From Pseudomonadota bacterium (GTDB taxonomy: Bacteria; Pseudomonadota; Alphaproteobacteria; GCA-2731375), in NCBI GenBank assembly GCA_027623205.1, contig JAQBYC010000006.1:3556-67555 (forward strand): DNA of 64,000 nt, given 5' to 3'. Made by a program: the position numbers and the translations under genes. Positions 39,723 to 51,782 of this stretch are shown one piece after another (the first letter of the stretch is position 1; each line of letters starts with the position of its first letter). The notes beneath the pieces were generated by a model that was not told the origin of the DNA, did no database searches, and worked only from the letters and a program-made list of their open reading frames with translations.

Positions 39723-39981
39723 GCCGTATCGATCGGCGCCGAACAGAACAAAAGGTGAAGAACGATTCGAAGCGGACCCATCTGTTGCCATCGCATGAGA
39801 AGTTAGCTACGCAAGCCCTTGTATATACACTAAAAGATGGCTACAGTATCTATTGCGTGTTTATTCTTTGTTCCTGATTCGCGAATCACTTGTAATTCAA
39901 ATTGGCAGATGACAGAAAGCGGACGCACTGATCGTGATTTCCAAGACTCAATTCGCCACTCCGCAGATTGTAAATCCGCGG

Positions 39982-41172
39982 ATGGCCGGCCTACCCGATT
40001 ACCCGTTCGAGCGTTTGCGCCGCCTGCTCGATCCTTTGGCGCCGCCGGCCGCGCTGGATCCTATTGCCTTGAGCCTGGGGGAACCGCAACACCCTTATCC
40101 TGATTTTGTCGGCGAGATCCTGCATGCCAATCGTCACCTTTACGGTAAATATCCCCCCGTGGCCGGCACCCCGGAGTTCCGCCAGGCAGCAGCAGACTGG
40201 CTGGTACGGCGCTATGACCTGCCGCAAGGGATGATCGAGGCCGATCGTCATATCGTCCCCTGCGCGGGCACGCGGGAGGCCCTGTTTCGCACTGCATTCC
40301 TGGCTGTACCACCGGAAAAAGCCGGACGACAGCCGGTGGTGCTGATGCCCAATCCGTTCTATCAATGCTATGCCGGGGCGGCGATTGCGGCCGGCGCCGA
40401 ACCGATTTTCGTATCCGCCCTGGCCGAGACCGGTTTTTTACCCGATTTCGCTGGCCTGGATGACTCAATTCTGGCCCGCACCGCCCTGGTGTATTTCTGT
40501 ACCCCGGCCAATCCGCAAGGGGCAGTCGCGAGCCTGGATTATCTCAACAATCTGATCGCCCTATCACGGCAGTATAATTTTACCCTGGTAGTGGACGAAT
40601 GTTATGCCGAAATCTATAACGGCGCACCGCCTCCTGGCGCCTTGCAGGCCTGCGCCGCCATTGGCGATCAAGACCTTTCCGGCCTTCTGGTCTTCCATTC
40701 CCTGTCAAAGCGATCCAATGTGGCCGGTCTACGCTCTGGTTTCGTGGCGGGCGATCCGGATTTGCTGAAGCTATTTCGCCGGCTCAGCGAATACGGCGGC
40801 AATCCATCGCCCCTGCCGGTCTATGCCGCGGCCACCGCCCTGTGGCGCGATGAAGATCATGTTGTCGCCAACCGGGCACTCTATGTGGAGAAATTCGACC
40901 TGGCGGAAAGAGTTTTGTCCAATCGTTTTGGCTTCTACAAACCCAAGGGCGGCTTTTTCCTATGGCTGGATGTGGGCGATGGCGAGGCCGCGACGGTCGA
41001 ACTTTGGACCCGCGCCGCGATCACGGTGTTGCCGGGCGCCTATTTGACGGTGCCCGACAATACTGGCAACGGCAGTGACGACAGCCCAGGCAATCGCTAC
41101 ATCCGGGTTGCCATGGTGCACGACAAAGCGGTCATGGAAGACGCCCTGGCGCGGATCGCACAGACATTGTGA
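39982..41172 (+). CDS. dapC: Class-I aminotransferase, probably N-succinyldiaminopimelate aminotransferase of the betaproteobacterial DapC type.
   Basis: N-terminus ...PDYPFERLRRLL..SLGEP.HP resembles DapC. PLP-lysine region SLSKRSNVAGLRSGFVAG. Confidence 0.65.
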   Translation: MAGLPDYPFERLRRLLDPLAPPAALDPIALSLGEPQHPYPDFVGEILHANRHLYGKYPPVAGTPEFRQAAADWLVRRYDLPQGMIEADRHIVPCAGTREALFRTAFLAVPPEKAGRQPVVLMPNPFYQCYAGAAIAAGAEPIFVSALAETGFLPDFAGLDDSILARTALVYFCTPANPQGAVASLDYLNNLIALSRQYNFTLVVDECYAEIYNGAPPPGALQACAAIGDQDLSGLLVFHSLSKRSNVAGLRSGFVAGDPDLLKLFRRLSEYGGNPSPLPVYAAATALWRDEDHVVANRALYVEKFDLAERVLSNRFGFYKPKGGFFLWLDVGDGEAATVELWTRAAITVLPGAYLTVPDNTGNGSDDSPGNRYIRVAMVHDKAVMEDALARIAQTL

Positions 41173-41195
41173 TGATGTTTTAAGGAAAGACAGTC

Positions 41196-43571
<2,376 letters not shown>

Positions 43572-43572
43572 C

Positions 43573-44280
43573 TTGGCTGATAAGTCTCCGCTGCAAGCTC
43601 TTTTGCCTACGCCACATCGTTCTATCCACCGCCGTGATATTCTGATTGGCGCGCTGTCCCTGGCCGCCATGTCCACTGCCCTGGCACTGCCCCTTGGCAC
43701 AGCCCAAAGTGCTAATGGCCCCATAAAAGGGGATGCGAACAGCAAACCTCCCGTGGCCGTTATCGACCGGGTTGAAATCTATTTGAACAGCGTTGAAACC
43801 CTTTCAGCCCGGTTTTTACAGGTAGATTCCGCCGGCAACGTGACCCACGGCCAGCTCTATCTGCGTCGGCCTGGGCGGTTGCGCTTTGAGTATGACGCAC
43901 CCTCACCCCTGTTGCTGGTAGCCGACGGCGTTTGGTTGATCTTGCATGACAAGGAATTGAATCAGGTCGACCGCTACCCCCTGTATGAAACACCCCTGGG
44001 CGTGCTGGTCGACGATCCGGTCAACCTGCGGGAAAAGGTAAAAGTGGTGGATGTAGAGGAAAGTCCCGGCATCCTGCGCCTGAAGTTGATCGATCGGGAA
44101 TTGCCCGATGAAGGCTGGATTGGCATTACGTTCACCGAACCACCAATGTTGCTGCGGCAATGGAAAATCAAGGATGCCCAGGGCGGCGTCACGGCACTGT
44201 CTTTGACCAATATTCGCATGAACCAAAAATTGGACCCGGAACTGTTCGTCTTCACCGACCCGGTGCCGTTTCGGGATTGA
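43573..44280 (+). CDS. lolA: Outer-membrane lipoprotein carrier protein LolA.
   Basis: Signal peptide ...HRRDILIGALSLAAMSTALALPLGTAQSA. It follows ftsK, which is conserved synteny. The start is uncertain: TTG at 43573 with a GGGGA ribosome-binding site, or TTG at 43603. Confidence 0.65.
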   Translation: MADKSPLQALLPTPHRSIHRRDILIGALSLAAMSTALALPLGTAQSANGPIKGDANSKPPVAVIDRVEIYLNSVETLSARFLQVDSAGNVTHGQLYLRRPGRLRFEYDAPSPLLLVADGVWLILHDKELNQVDRYPLYETPLGVLVDDPVNLREKVKVVDVEESPGILRLKLIDRELPDEGWIGITFTEPPMLLRQWKIKDAQGGVTALSLTNIRMNQKLDPELFVFTDPVPFRD

Positions 44281-44346
44281 GCGCGGTACCCCGCTGACAC
44301 GGGAAAAGTCTCTAGATTCTATCTGTAACGGCTATTTCAATTGCAA

Positions 44347-44376
44347 TTGCATCGGTTTTCAGATGCAGTTGGCGCA
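44347..44376 (+). promoter_or_regulatory. Candidate operator palindromes upstream of the P450 gene.
   Basis: Perfect 12-nt palindrome CAATTGCAATTG overlapping the inverted repeat TGCATC-ggttttca-GATGCA, 30-60 nt upstream of the P450 ATG. Confidence 0.35.
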
Positions 44377-44405
44377 TATTCGACAATTGCTGAGAGACAG
44401 GTTCG

Positions 44406-45653
44406 ATGCCGCAGGTTCAAATCCTATCCGAAGACGAAATCGGCAAGCTGAGTTTGGCGACTCTTGATGTCAGCGATCCGGCTATATATCAAAGCGACAG
44501 TTGGCGCGGCTATTTCCAACGCCTTCGCCGGGAGGACCCGGTGCACTACTGCCCCGATAGTCCCTATGGCCCCTATTGGTCGATCACCAGATACGACGAC
44601 ATCATGAAGGTAGAACTGGACCACGCGGCCTATTCGTCCGCCGCGCATCTTGGCGGCATTACTATCCGGGACAACCCCAATGGCAAGGAAATGGCCAGCT
44701 TTATCAGCATGGATCCACCTACCCATACGAGCCACAGAAAGGCCGTCGCACCCATCGCGACGCCGAACAATCTACGCAACCTCGAGGCCACCATCCGTGC
44801 ACGTACGGAACAGGTCCTGGATTCCCTGCCCCGGAACGAAACCTTCGATTGGGTGGATAGGGTTTCCGTCGAATTGACCACCATGATGTTGGCGACCTTG
44901 TTCGATTTTCCCTGGGAAGACCGGCGCCTGCTGACCTATTGGTCGGATGTGTCCGTAACGGACGTCAAGGCGCCGAACGCCTTGGTCCGCTCGGATGAAG
45001 AGCGCCTGGAAGTGCAGCGGGAAATGGGACGATACTTTGCCAAATTGTGGGAGGAACGGATTAAGGGCGAACCCGGCTTCGATCTGATTTCGATGATGGC
45101 CCATGACGAAGCCACAAAAAATATGAGCCCGGGCGATCTCATCGCCACGTTTGTACTGCTCATCGTTGGCGGCAATGACACGACGCGCAACGCCATGACC
45201 GGCGGACTGATGGCGCTATGCGACAATCCAGATCAGTTTGCGGCCCTGCGGGCGGATCATGGCCTGATCAAATCCCTGGTGCCGGAGATCATCCGCTATC
45301 AATCGTCAATCATCCATATGCGCCGCACCGCGCTCAAGGATACTGAAATTGGCGGCAAGGCAATCGCCAAAGGCGCGCGGGTGGTGATGTGGTATGTCTC
45401 GGGTAACTGGGATGAAGAGGCCATCGACGCTCCGGAGGAATTCAACATCCAAAGGGCGAAGCCACGCCGCCATTTGGCGTTTGGTGCCGGCATACACCGT
45501 TGCGTCGGCGACCGCCTGGCGGAACAGCAGCTGCAAATCCTTTGGGAAGAGATCTTGAAGCGCGATCTGCGGTTCGAGATCATGGGCCCGCCGGAACGGC
45601 TTTATTCCAACTTTATTCGCGGCATTAAGAGCCTACCGGTACGTATCGGGTAG
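44406..45653 (+). CDS. Cytochrome P450 monooxygenase.
   Basis: Heme-thiolate loop FGAGIHRCVGDRLA and I-helix GGNDTTRN. Confidence 0.85.
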   Translation: MPQVQILSEDEIGKLSLATLDVSDPAIYQSDSWRGYFQRLRREDPVHYCPDSPYGPYWSITRYDDIMKVELDHAAYSSAAHLGGITIRDNPNGKEMASFISMDPPTHTSHRKAVAPIATPNNLRNLEATIRARTEQVLDSLPRNETFDWVDRVSVELTTMMLATLFDFPWEDRRLLTYWSDVSVTDVKAPNALVRSDEERLEVQREMGRYFAKLWEERIKGEPGFDLISMMAHDEATKNMSPGDLIATFVLLIVGGNDTTRNAMTGGLMALCDNPDQFAALRADHGLIKSLVPEIIRYQSSIIHMRRTALKDTEIGGKAIAKGARVVMWYVSGNWDEEAIDAPEEFNIQRAKPRRHLAFGAGIHRCVGDRLAEQQLQILWEEILKRDLRFEIMGPPERLYSNFIRGIKSLPVRIG

Positions 45654-45751
45654 CGCAAATTTCGATTAATCAGAGTCGTTGTCGCGACTTAAGTAATTGG
45701 TTCAATTGCTCTATTCTTAAGAGTCCGGGCATGTTTCGAAGAAACATGCTC
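45654..45751 (-). repeat. Copy 5 of the structured intergenic repeat, in reverse orientation.
   Basis: Reverse complement gagcatgtttcttcgaaacatgcccggactcttaagaatagagcaattgaaccaattacttaagtcgcgacaacgactctgattaatcgaaatttgcgc. It starts immediately after the P450 TAG stop. Confidence 0.85.
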
Positions 45752-45824
45752 TAGGTTCGTTGTGCAGGTCCGCGGGCTGCCAAAATGGTGCATCTGGCAT
45801 GGCCATGATGTAATAACTGTTCAC

Positions 45825-46478
45825 ATGAGAAAAACGAAACGCGACGGAGACCAGCGCGGCGGCGGACGTGGCTATCACCATGGCAACTTGAGCGAAGCCC
45901 TGGTCCAGGCAGCGCTTGATCTCATTGCCAAATACGGCCCCGCCGGCTTCTCGTTCGCCGAGGTTACCCGTGCCGTCGGCGTTTCGCCCGCGGCCCCCTA
46001 TCGCCATTTCCGCGACCGTGATGCCCTGATGGCGGACATCGCCCGGCGCGGCTTCGACCGCTTCGCGATAGCTCTGTCCCAAGCCTGGCAAAACGGTCAG
46101 CCCGATCCGCTGACCGCACTCAAGGCCGTGGGACAGGCTTATTTGGCTTTTGCCAGGGACGAGCCCGCCTATTTCGCGGCAATGTTCGAGGCGCGAACGC
46201 CGACTGGTTCAAGCCGAGAGCTGGTCCAGGCAACCGAACGGGCCTTTGATGTCCTGCGCCAGGCCTGCGAGGCCCTCATTGCCGAATTACCCAACGGCAA
46301 ACGACCACCCGTGTTGATGATGAGCCTACATGTCTGGGCCATGGCACACGGCATCGCCGCCCTCTTCGGGCGGGGCGACGGGGCTCGGCGCAATGTTCCC
46401 ATGACTCCCGAGGATCTGCTGGAAGCCAACATGTTGATTTATCTCGATGGTCTTGGTCTTGGTGAGCTGAAAACCTGA
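45825..46478 (+). CDS. TetR-family transcriptional regulator.
   Basis: HTH region FSFAEVTRAVGVSPAAPYRHFRDRDAL. Confidence 0.8.
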   Translation: MRKTKRDGDQRGGGRGYHHGNLSEALVQAALDLIAKYGPAGFSFAEVTRAVGVSPAAPYRHFRDRDALMADIARRGFDRFAIALSQAWQNGQPDPLTALKAVGQAYLAFARDEPAYFAAMFEARTPTGSSRELVQATERAFDVLRQACEALIAELPNGKRPPVLMMSLHVWAMAHGIAALFGRGDGARRNVPMTPEDLLEANMLIYLDGLGLGELKT

Positions 46479-46582
46479 CCAGCCGCAGGTGGCGTCCGCC
46501 AATTTTTCGTCGCGGGACCCTTGACGTGATAGCTGCATATCACCATTTCTGTTAATGTAAATAACGTTTACATGAGGATCCG

Positions 46583-47011
46583 ATGGAACTGACAAGAAAA
46601 TTGGACGCGCACGGCAAAGGGGCATGGATCACTGTCATGGTCCTTAGCTTTATTATCTTCTGGCCGGCCGGACTGGCAGTCCTGGCCTATCTGATATGGA
46701 GTGGACGGATGAGCTGTTGGAAACATGGCGGACCCGGCCGCTGGCACAATCGCCGGCGCCAGCGCGCAGGGCACCAAGATCACGAAGCGGGAGGCTATGA
46801 AAGCGCATCAAGCGGCAATCATGCCTTTGACGCATATCGCGAGGAAACCCTGAAGCGGCTGGAAGACGAACAGCACGAATTCCAGGCATTCCTGGAACGT
46901 CTGCGCCATGCCAAGGACAAGGCTGAATTTGACCAGTTCATGGATGACCGCAAGGGCCATCCGCAGACGCCGCCGGTCGCCAAGAGCGGGGGAGCGCAAC
47001 CCAGCGCATAA
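46583..47011 (+). CDS. Small membrane-anchored protein, DUF2852-like.
   Basis: 142 aa with an N-terminal TM hairpin and a His/Arg-rich middle region. The family name is a guess from memory. Confidence 0.4.
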   Translation: MELTRKLDAHGKGAWITVMVLSFIIFWPAGLAVLAYLIWSGRMSCWKHGGPGRWHNRRRQRAGHQDHEAGGYESASSGNHAFDAYREETLKRLEDEQHEFQAFLERLRHAKDKAEFDQFMDDRKGHPQTPPVAKSGGAQPSA

Positions 47012-47127
47012 ACCTCCAACCTGGAACATATCCGGGGGCACACAGCATTATGTGCCCCCAAACTGTTTCGCCCTTCACCTGATAACGCGAAAAACCAGAG
47101 CACATTCGATCCGAAAGCACTCAAATT

Positions 47128-47198
47128 CCTCAGAATAGAGAAATTCAACCAATTACTTAACTCGCGTTCGCAACGCCAATTCATTGAAAATTGCGCTA
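47128..47198 (+). repeat. Copy 6 of the structured intergenic repeat, truncated at the 5' end.
   Basis: Sequence ctcagaatagagaaattcaaccaattacttaactcgcgttcgcaacgccaattcattgaaaattgcgc. Its terminus overlaps the amidase stop codon. Confidence 0.75.
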
Positions 47199-48647
47199 TA
47201 GACCCGCGACGGGGGGAACCGTTCCTGGGCGCGGGTCAATCGGCAGTTGTTGAGCCAAACCGCTCTCTGCCTCATAAAATGCACCGGCGGCCAGCAAAGC
47301 GGCTTCGCCGCGCGGCCTGCCGACCAATTGCAGACCGACCGGGCGGCCGTATTGATCGAAACCACAGGGCAGCGACAGCGCGGGCGAGGCGGAAAGGGTC
47401 ACTGCCGCCGTCAACAATGAAGCGGCCAAATAATGCGTCAATTTGATACCGTCAATAGCCACGGGATGGCGCAGGTCGACATCAAAGGCCGGCGTATTGG
47501 CGCCCGGCGTGACGATAAGGTCGAATTGTCTGAACAGGTCTACGAAGCAGGCATACAGCGCCGCGCGGCGGCGTTCGGCCCCGGCCAGCGCGGCGGCCGA
47601 TTGCGCCAACCCCAGTTCCGTATTCCAGATGATGTCCGGCTTAATCAGGTCCCGGTGTCTTTGCAGCTGCAATTCCCGGTCGATGACGAATTGCTGGGAC
47701 CGCAAGGCAAGGAATGTGTCTTCCAGGTCCTCCACATCAATGCTGATCTCTTCCACCTCGGCGCCCATGCCTTCGAAATGCTTCATAGCCAGACGGCAGA
47801 TATCTCTGGTTTCGCGGTCAACGGGCGAACCGCCAATGGTCGCCGCAAAGGCGACCCGGCGCGGTGGCGGGGTGGCCGCCACCGCCGCGCCAAAGGAAAC
47901 GACAGGCGCGTCGAAGGTCATGGGATCCAGGGGACAAAGCCCCGCCATGGCGTCCAGAAACAAGGCGACGTCGGGCACATTGCGCGCCATTGGGCCCTGA
48001 ACCGACAATGGTGAAAACAGCGTATTGACCGTGCCCCTGGTCACCCGTCCCGGCGATGGACGCAGCCCGACCACGGAACAATAAGTGGCGGGCCGCCGCA
48101 GGCTGCCGCCGTGGTCGCTGCCATGGGCCAGCCATACTTCCCCCGACGCCACGGCCGCCGCCCCACCGCCCGTGGAGCCCGCAGGCGTGAGCGCGGTGTT
48201 CCAGGGATTCCGGGTTTTTCCGAACACCTCGTTGAAGGTTGAACCACCGGCGCCAAATTCCGGGGTATTCGATTTGGCCACGACGATACCGCCCATTCGT
48301 TCGATCCGATGCACCAGGGCATGGGATGTGTCGGGCACATGGTCGGCAAAGATCGGCGAACCATAGGTTGTCCGCACGCCGGCAACATCCGCCAGATCCT
48401 TGATCGCCACTGGCAGGCCGGCCAGCCAGCCTGGTTCGTTCTTCGCCTCGCAACCCTCCCCCGCCATCAGGCGCCTGGCGTGCGCCCTGGCGCGATCCAG
48501 ACACAAAGTCGGCAGGGCGTTGATATGCGGTTCCACCGCCGCAATCCGCGCTTCGGCGGCATCAATCAGTTCCAGCGGGGAAATGTCACCGCCCCGCAAA
48601 CCCCGGACCGCCTCGCAAGCCGTCAACTGTATGAGTTCGTCCGCCAT
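47196..48647 (-). CDS. Amidase of the amidase-signature (GatA-like) family.
   Basis: GGSTGGGAAAVA / GSDHGGSLRRPA amidase signature. The start was set at MADELIQ, which has a GGAGG ribosome-binding site; the 134-codon upstream extension in the ORF track is unsupported. Confidence 0.85.
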   Translation of the reverse strand: MADELIQLTACEAVRGLRGGDISPLELIDAAEARIAAVEPHINALPTLCLDRARAHARRLMAGEGCEAKNEPGWLAGLPVAIKDLADVAGVRTTYGSPIFADHVPDTSHALVHRIERMGGIVVAKSNTPEFGAGGSTFNEVFGKTRNPWNTALTPAGSTGGGAAAVASGEVWLAHGSDHGGSLRRPATYCSVVGLRPSPGRVTRGTVNTLFSPLSVQGPMARNVPDVALFLDAMAGLCPLDPMTFDAPVVSFGAAVAATPPPRRVAFAATIGGSPVDRETRDICRLAMKHFEGMGAEVEEISIDVEDLEDTFLALRSQQFVIDRELQLQRHRDLIKPDIIWNTELGLAQSAAALAGAERRRAALYACFVDLFRQFDLIVTPGANTPAFDVDLRHPVAIDGIKLTHYLAASLLTAAVTLSASPALSLPCGFDQYGRPVGLQLVGRPRGEAALLAAGAFYEAESGLAQQLPIDPRPGTVPPVAGL

Positions 48648-48761
48648 GATGCTAACCTCCCCACTGCTCCAGATATTTCTCAGGTTATACCAAAGCCGGC
48701 CACGGAGCCCGATGATCCGTGCTATTGCTGGGAAATTAAAAGCGAGTTGGAGGATATGGTT

Positions 48762-49793
48762 ATGGAATTCGATCTGATGGCCAGGGCATCGACCTGGGCC
48801 GATGCCGCCGATCTGGCGCGGCGCCTGGAAGGCGCGGGTTTTTCCGGCATGCTGGTGACCGAGGCCAGCCAGGTGCCGTGGATGATGATCGCGGCGGCGG
48901 CAATGGCGGCGCCCGCACTGAAATTCAGCACTGGCATCGCGGTGGCTTTTCCGCGCAGCCCGATGATGTCGGCGCAGATCGCCTGGGAGTTGGCGCGCAA
49001 TACCAAGGGGCGCTTTCGCCTCGGGCTGGGCAGCCAGGTCAAGGCTCACGTCACCCGCCGCTATGCCGCGACCTTCGACCGGCCGGCACCGCAGATGAAG
49101 GACTATCTGGGCGCGGTCAGGGCCTGCCTGCGGGCCTTCCGCCAGGACGGCCCGCTACGACACGACGGCCCCTACTATCAGTTGAGTCTGCTACCCGAGC
49201 AATGGACGCCGGCGCGGCACGAGTATGAAGATATCAAGCTCGATATCTCCGCCGTCGGCCCCTACATGACCAAGGTGGCCGGCGAACTGGCCGACGGCGT
49301 GCATGTCCATCCCATGCATTCCATGCCCTATATCCAGAACCGGTTGTTGCCGGACCTGGCAACAGGGGCGGCAAAGGCCGGACGGGACCCCGCCTCTATT
49401 GATCTGATCATCCCCGTCTTCGCCATTCCCGGTGACAACGCGGAGGAGAGGGCCGCCGGCGTACTGCGCGCCAAGACCCAGATCGGCTTTTACGGCGCGA
49501 CGCCGAATTATGCCTTCCAGTTCGACGATCTGGGCTACGAGGGCATGCGCGATAAATTGCGCGTCCACCTGAAAAGCGGCGACACCGACGCCCTGGTTGC
49601 CCTGATCAGCGACGAGATGATGGATCATTTCGGCCTGGTTTGCGCCTGGGACGATCTGGCGGACAAATTGATCGCCCGCTACCAGGGCACCGCGGCCCGC
49701 GTGGTGATGTACTGGGCCGAGGAATCCATTCGCCGGAACCCCGACAACCTGGGCAAATGGAGCGAAATCGCCCGCGCCGTCCGCGCCGCCTAG
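48762..49793 (+). CDS. Luciferase-like (LLM) flavin-dependent oxidoreductase.
   Basis: 343 aa with a TIM-barrel LLM pattern. A GGAGG ribosome-binding site lies 8 nt before the ATG at 48762. It is divergent from the amidase. Confidence 0.7.
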   Translation: MEFDLMARASTWADAADLARRLEGAGFSGMLVTEASQVPWMMIAAAAMAAPALKFSTGIAVAFPRSPMMSAQIAWELARNTKGRFRLGLGSQVKAHVTRRYAATFDRPAPQMKDYLGAVRACLRAFRQDGPLRHDGPYYQLSLLPEQWTPARHEYEDIKLDISAVGPYMTKVAGELADGVHVHPMHSMPYIQNRLLPDLATGAAKAGRDPASIDLIIPVFAIPGDNAEERAAGVLRAKTQIGFYGATPNYAFQFDDLGYEGMRDKLRVHLKSGDTDALVALISDEMMDHFGLVCAWDDLADKLIARYQGTAARVVMYWAEESIRRNPDNLGKWSEIARAVRAA

Positions 49794-49828
49794 AGCAATT
49801 GAAAACTGCGCCAGGAAACGCTTGGATT

Positions 49829-50524
49829 TTAGCCGTCCCAGACTTCCGTGGGCAGGGGCAGGCCTGCCAGTTCGCGTTCGGTGACGGGGCCGTCCGGGGT
49901 AATCGCCATGCCGTCCAGAATGAATAGCATCTGCCGCACATGCTGGGCCGTGTGCCAGGCGGTCCGTTCCAGGATATCGTGCAGGGATTGCGGTCCGTAA
50001 TAGGTGCTCACGGGGGCCTCAAAATCCACGCCTTGCCCTGCCGCCGCCCACCAGGCCAGCAGGTCCTGGCGGGTATTTTCGCCGTCATGGGCAATATCGG
50101 CGAAGCTGACCAGGTCATCTGGCGCCGGCAGGCCCAGAAACTCGTGTGTCAATTCACCGCCCCCGGCGACCACCAGAAAGCCGCGCGTGATCTGAAAGAT
50201 ATGGTAGGTCAACATGCGATAGCTGCGCGGCCGGCCCGGCAGTTCCGCCAACATCTGGCTGTCCGGCAATTGGTGCAGATAGCGCTGCGCGGCGGCCAGG
50301 ATCCAGTCCAACCGCTGTACCAATTCGCCCGGAGGCAGAATACTGACACCCTCTTCATCCAGGCCAAGAAAAGCCCCCACTTCGCGCAGGGATTGCCCGA
50401 TGACATAACGTTCGCCTTTGGCCACCACGGGCACGGTGCGCACGCCAAGTTGATATAGCGCCGCCAGACCATCCGGGTCGGCGGCGATATTGATCGATTT
50501 GAAGTCAACCGCACGGGCCGACAA
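49829..50524 (-). CDS. Hypothetical protein with a DinB/YfiT-like (DinB_2) C-terminal domain and a thioredoxin-fold-like N-terminal fragment lacking CxxC.
   Basis: C-terminal WHTAQHVRQM resembles the DinB_2 HxxxH..Q motif. N-terminal TVPVV.KGERYVIG resembles the glutaredoxin C-terminal half. TTG start with an AAGGAG ribosome-binding site; an in-frame TGA lies 10 codons upstream. Confidence 0.4.
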   Translation of the reverse strand: MSARAVDFKSINIAADPDGLAALYQLGVRTVPVVAKGERYVIGQSLREVGAFLGLDEEGVSILPPGELVQRLDWILAAAQRYLHQLPDSQMLAELPGRPRSYRMLTYHIFQITRGFLVVAGGGELTHEFLGLPAPDDLVSFADIAHDGENTRQDLLAWWAAAGQGVDFEAPVSTYYGPQSLHDILERTAWHTAQHVRQMLFILDGMAITPDGPVTERELAGLPLPTEVWDG

Positions 50525-50592
50525 ATGCTCCTTCAGGCGGAGACAGCTGCTTCACCCAGGCTGCCAGAAAACCCTGATCGCTTCGCTCATGC

Positions 50593-51768
50593 TTACCTCT
50601 TGTGTCCCATGCGTTTGAATGTACGTTCCCGTTTTTCAAGCCACCAGCCATATTGCGCCGGCCACATATCGAAGTTTGGATCGATCCCCAGATCCCGCGC
50701 CGCTTGCACGGCCCAGAAGGGATTGTACATGAATTCGCGGCCCACGGCGATCAGATCCGCCTCACCCGCCTGCAGGATGGCTTCGGCCTGGGCACCGTCG
50801 AGGATCAGGCCCACCGCCATGCTCATGATCCCCGCCTCGGCCCTGACAGCAGAGGCATAGGGCACCTGAAAGCCCAAACCCCGGGGGATCAGGTTCACCG
50901 TGGCCGAAGCCGCATTGCCGCCCGAAGAACAGTCGATGCAGTCAACGCCCAGGGCTTTCAGTTCCTTGGCCAGGGCAATGGAATCCGCCAACTGCCAACC
51001 ATCTTCCGAGCCATCCACCGACGAGATCCGAAAAAACAGGGGCTTGTTCCCGGGCCACCGGCCGCGCACTTCACGGGTTACTTCCAGGGCCAGGCGCATA
51101 CGTCCCGCCAGATCGCCGCCGTAGCCATCGTTGCGTTTGTTCGACAGCGGCGAGAGGAAGGATTGGATTAAATAGCCATGGGCACCATGAATTTCCAATG
51201 CCTCGAAACCCGACGCATGCGCTCTGGCCGCCGCCAGACCAAAGGCCGTGACAATGCCGCCGATCTCGTCTTCGGCCAGTTGCCTTGGCACCAGCCAGCC
51301 TTCGTCCGCCGGGATAGCAGACGGCCCGACTACCTCCCAGGGCAGGTCGCCCCGGGCACTATCCTCATCATTCAAGGCGCTCAGGCCATTCCAGGGCCGT
51401 TGGGTCGATGCCTTGCGCCCGGCATGGGCAATCTGAAGACCCGGCACGGCGCCATGGTGTTTCATGATCTTGACCAGGGGCTTCATGGCCTCCCCCTGTT
51501 CATCGGTCCAGATGCCCAGACAGCCATGGGTGATACGGCCGCGCTTTTCCACTCCGGAGGCCTCGACAAAGATTATGCCCGCGCCGCCACGGGCATAGCT
51601 GCCGCAATGCACCAGATGCCAATCGTTGGGAATGCCGTCCCGAGCCGAATATTGGCAGAGCGGCGGCACCACGATACGGTTGCGCGCGGTTACTGATTTG
51701 ATGGCAATGGGCTGAAACAGCAATGGCGGTTTCGCCTGCTGCCCCGCCTCCCCGGCGGCGTTGTTCAT
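50593..51768 (-). CDS. Old Yellow Enzyme family NADH:flavin oxidoreductase.
   Basis: OYE pattern with HGAHGYL and a C-terminal GEADLIAVGR motif. Confidence 0.85.
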   Translation of the reverse strand: MNNAAGEAGQQAKPPLLFQPIAIKSVTARNRIVVPPLCQYSARDGIPNDWHLVHCGSYARGGAGIIFVEASGVEKRGRITHGCLGIWTDEQGEAMKPLVKIMKHHGAVPGLQIAHAGRKASTQRPWNGLSALNDEDSARGDLPWEVVGPSAIPADEGWLVPRQLAEDEIGGIVTAFGLAAARAHASGFEALEIHGAHGYLIQSFLSPLSNKRNDGYGGDLAGRMRLALEVTREVRGRWPGNKPLFFRISSVDGSEDGWQLADSIALAKELKALGVDCIDCSSGGNAASATVNLIPRGLGFQVPYASAVRAEAGIMSMAVGLILDGAQAEAILQAGEADLIAVGREFMYNPFWAVQAARDLGIDPNFDMWPAQYGWWLEKRERTFKRMGHKR

Positions 51769-51782
51769 GGGTTCGCTCCTGC

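Noticed and set aside
45690-45720. GGTTCAATTGC resembling a tRNA T-arm (GGTTCGAATCC).
   Set aside because: It is part of the dispersed repeat core, shared by all copies. No acceptor or anticodon stems are present around it.
47196-49049. The long 617-aa amidase ORF as listed in the track.
   Set aside because: The first 134 codons are an Arg/His-rich extension with no similarity to amidases. A GGAGG ribosome-binding site precedes the MADELIQ start at 48647. The extension would also overlap the divergent LLM promoter.
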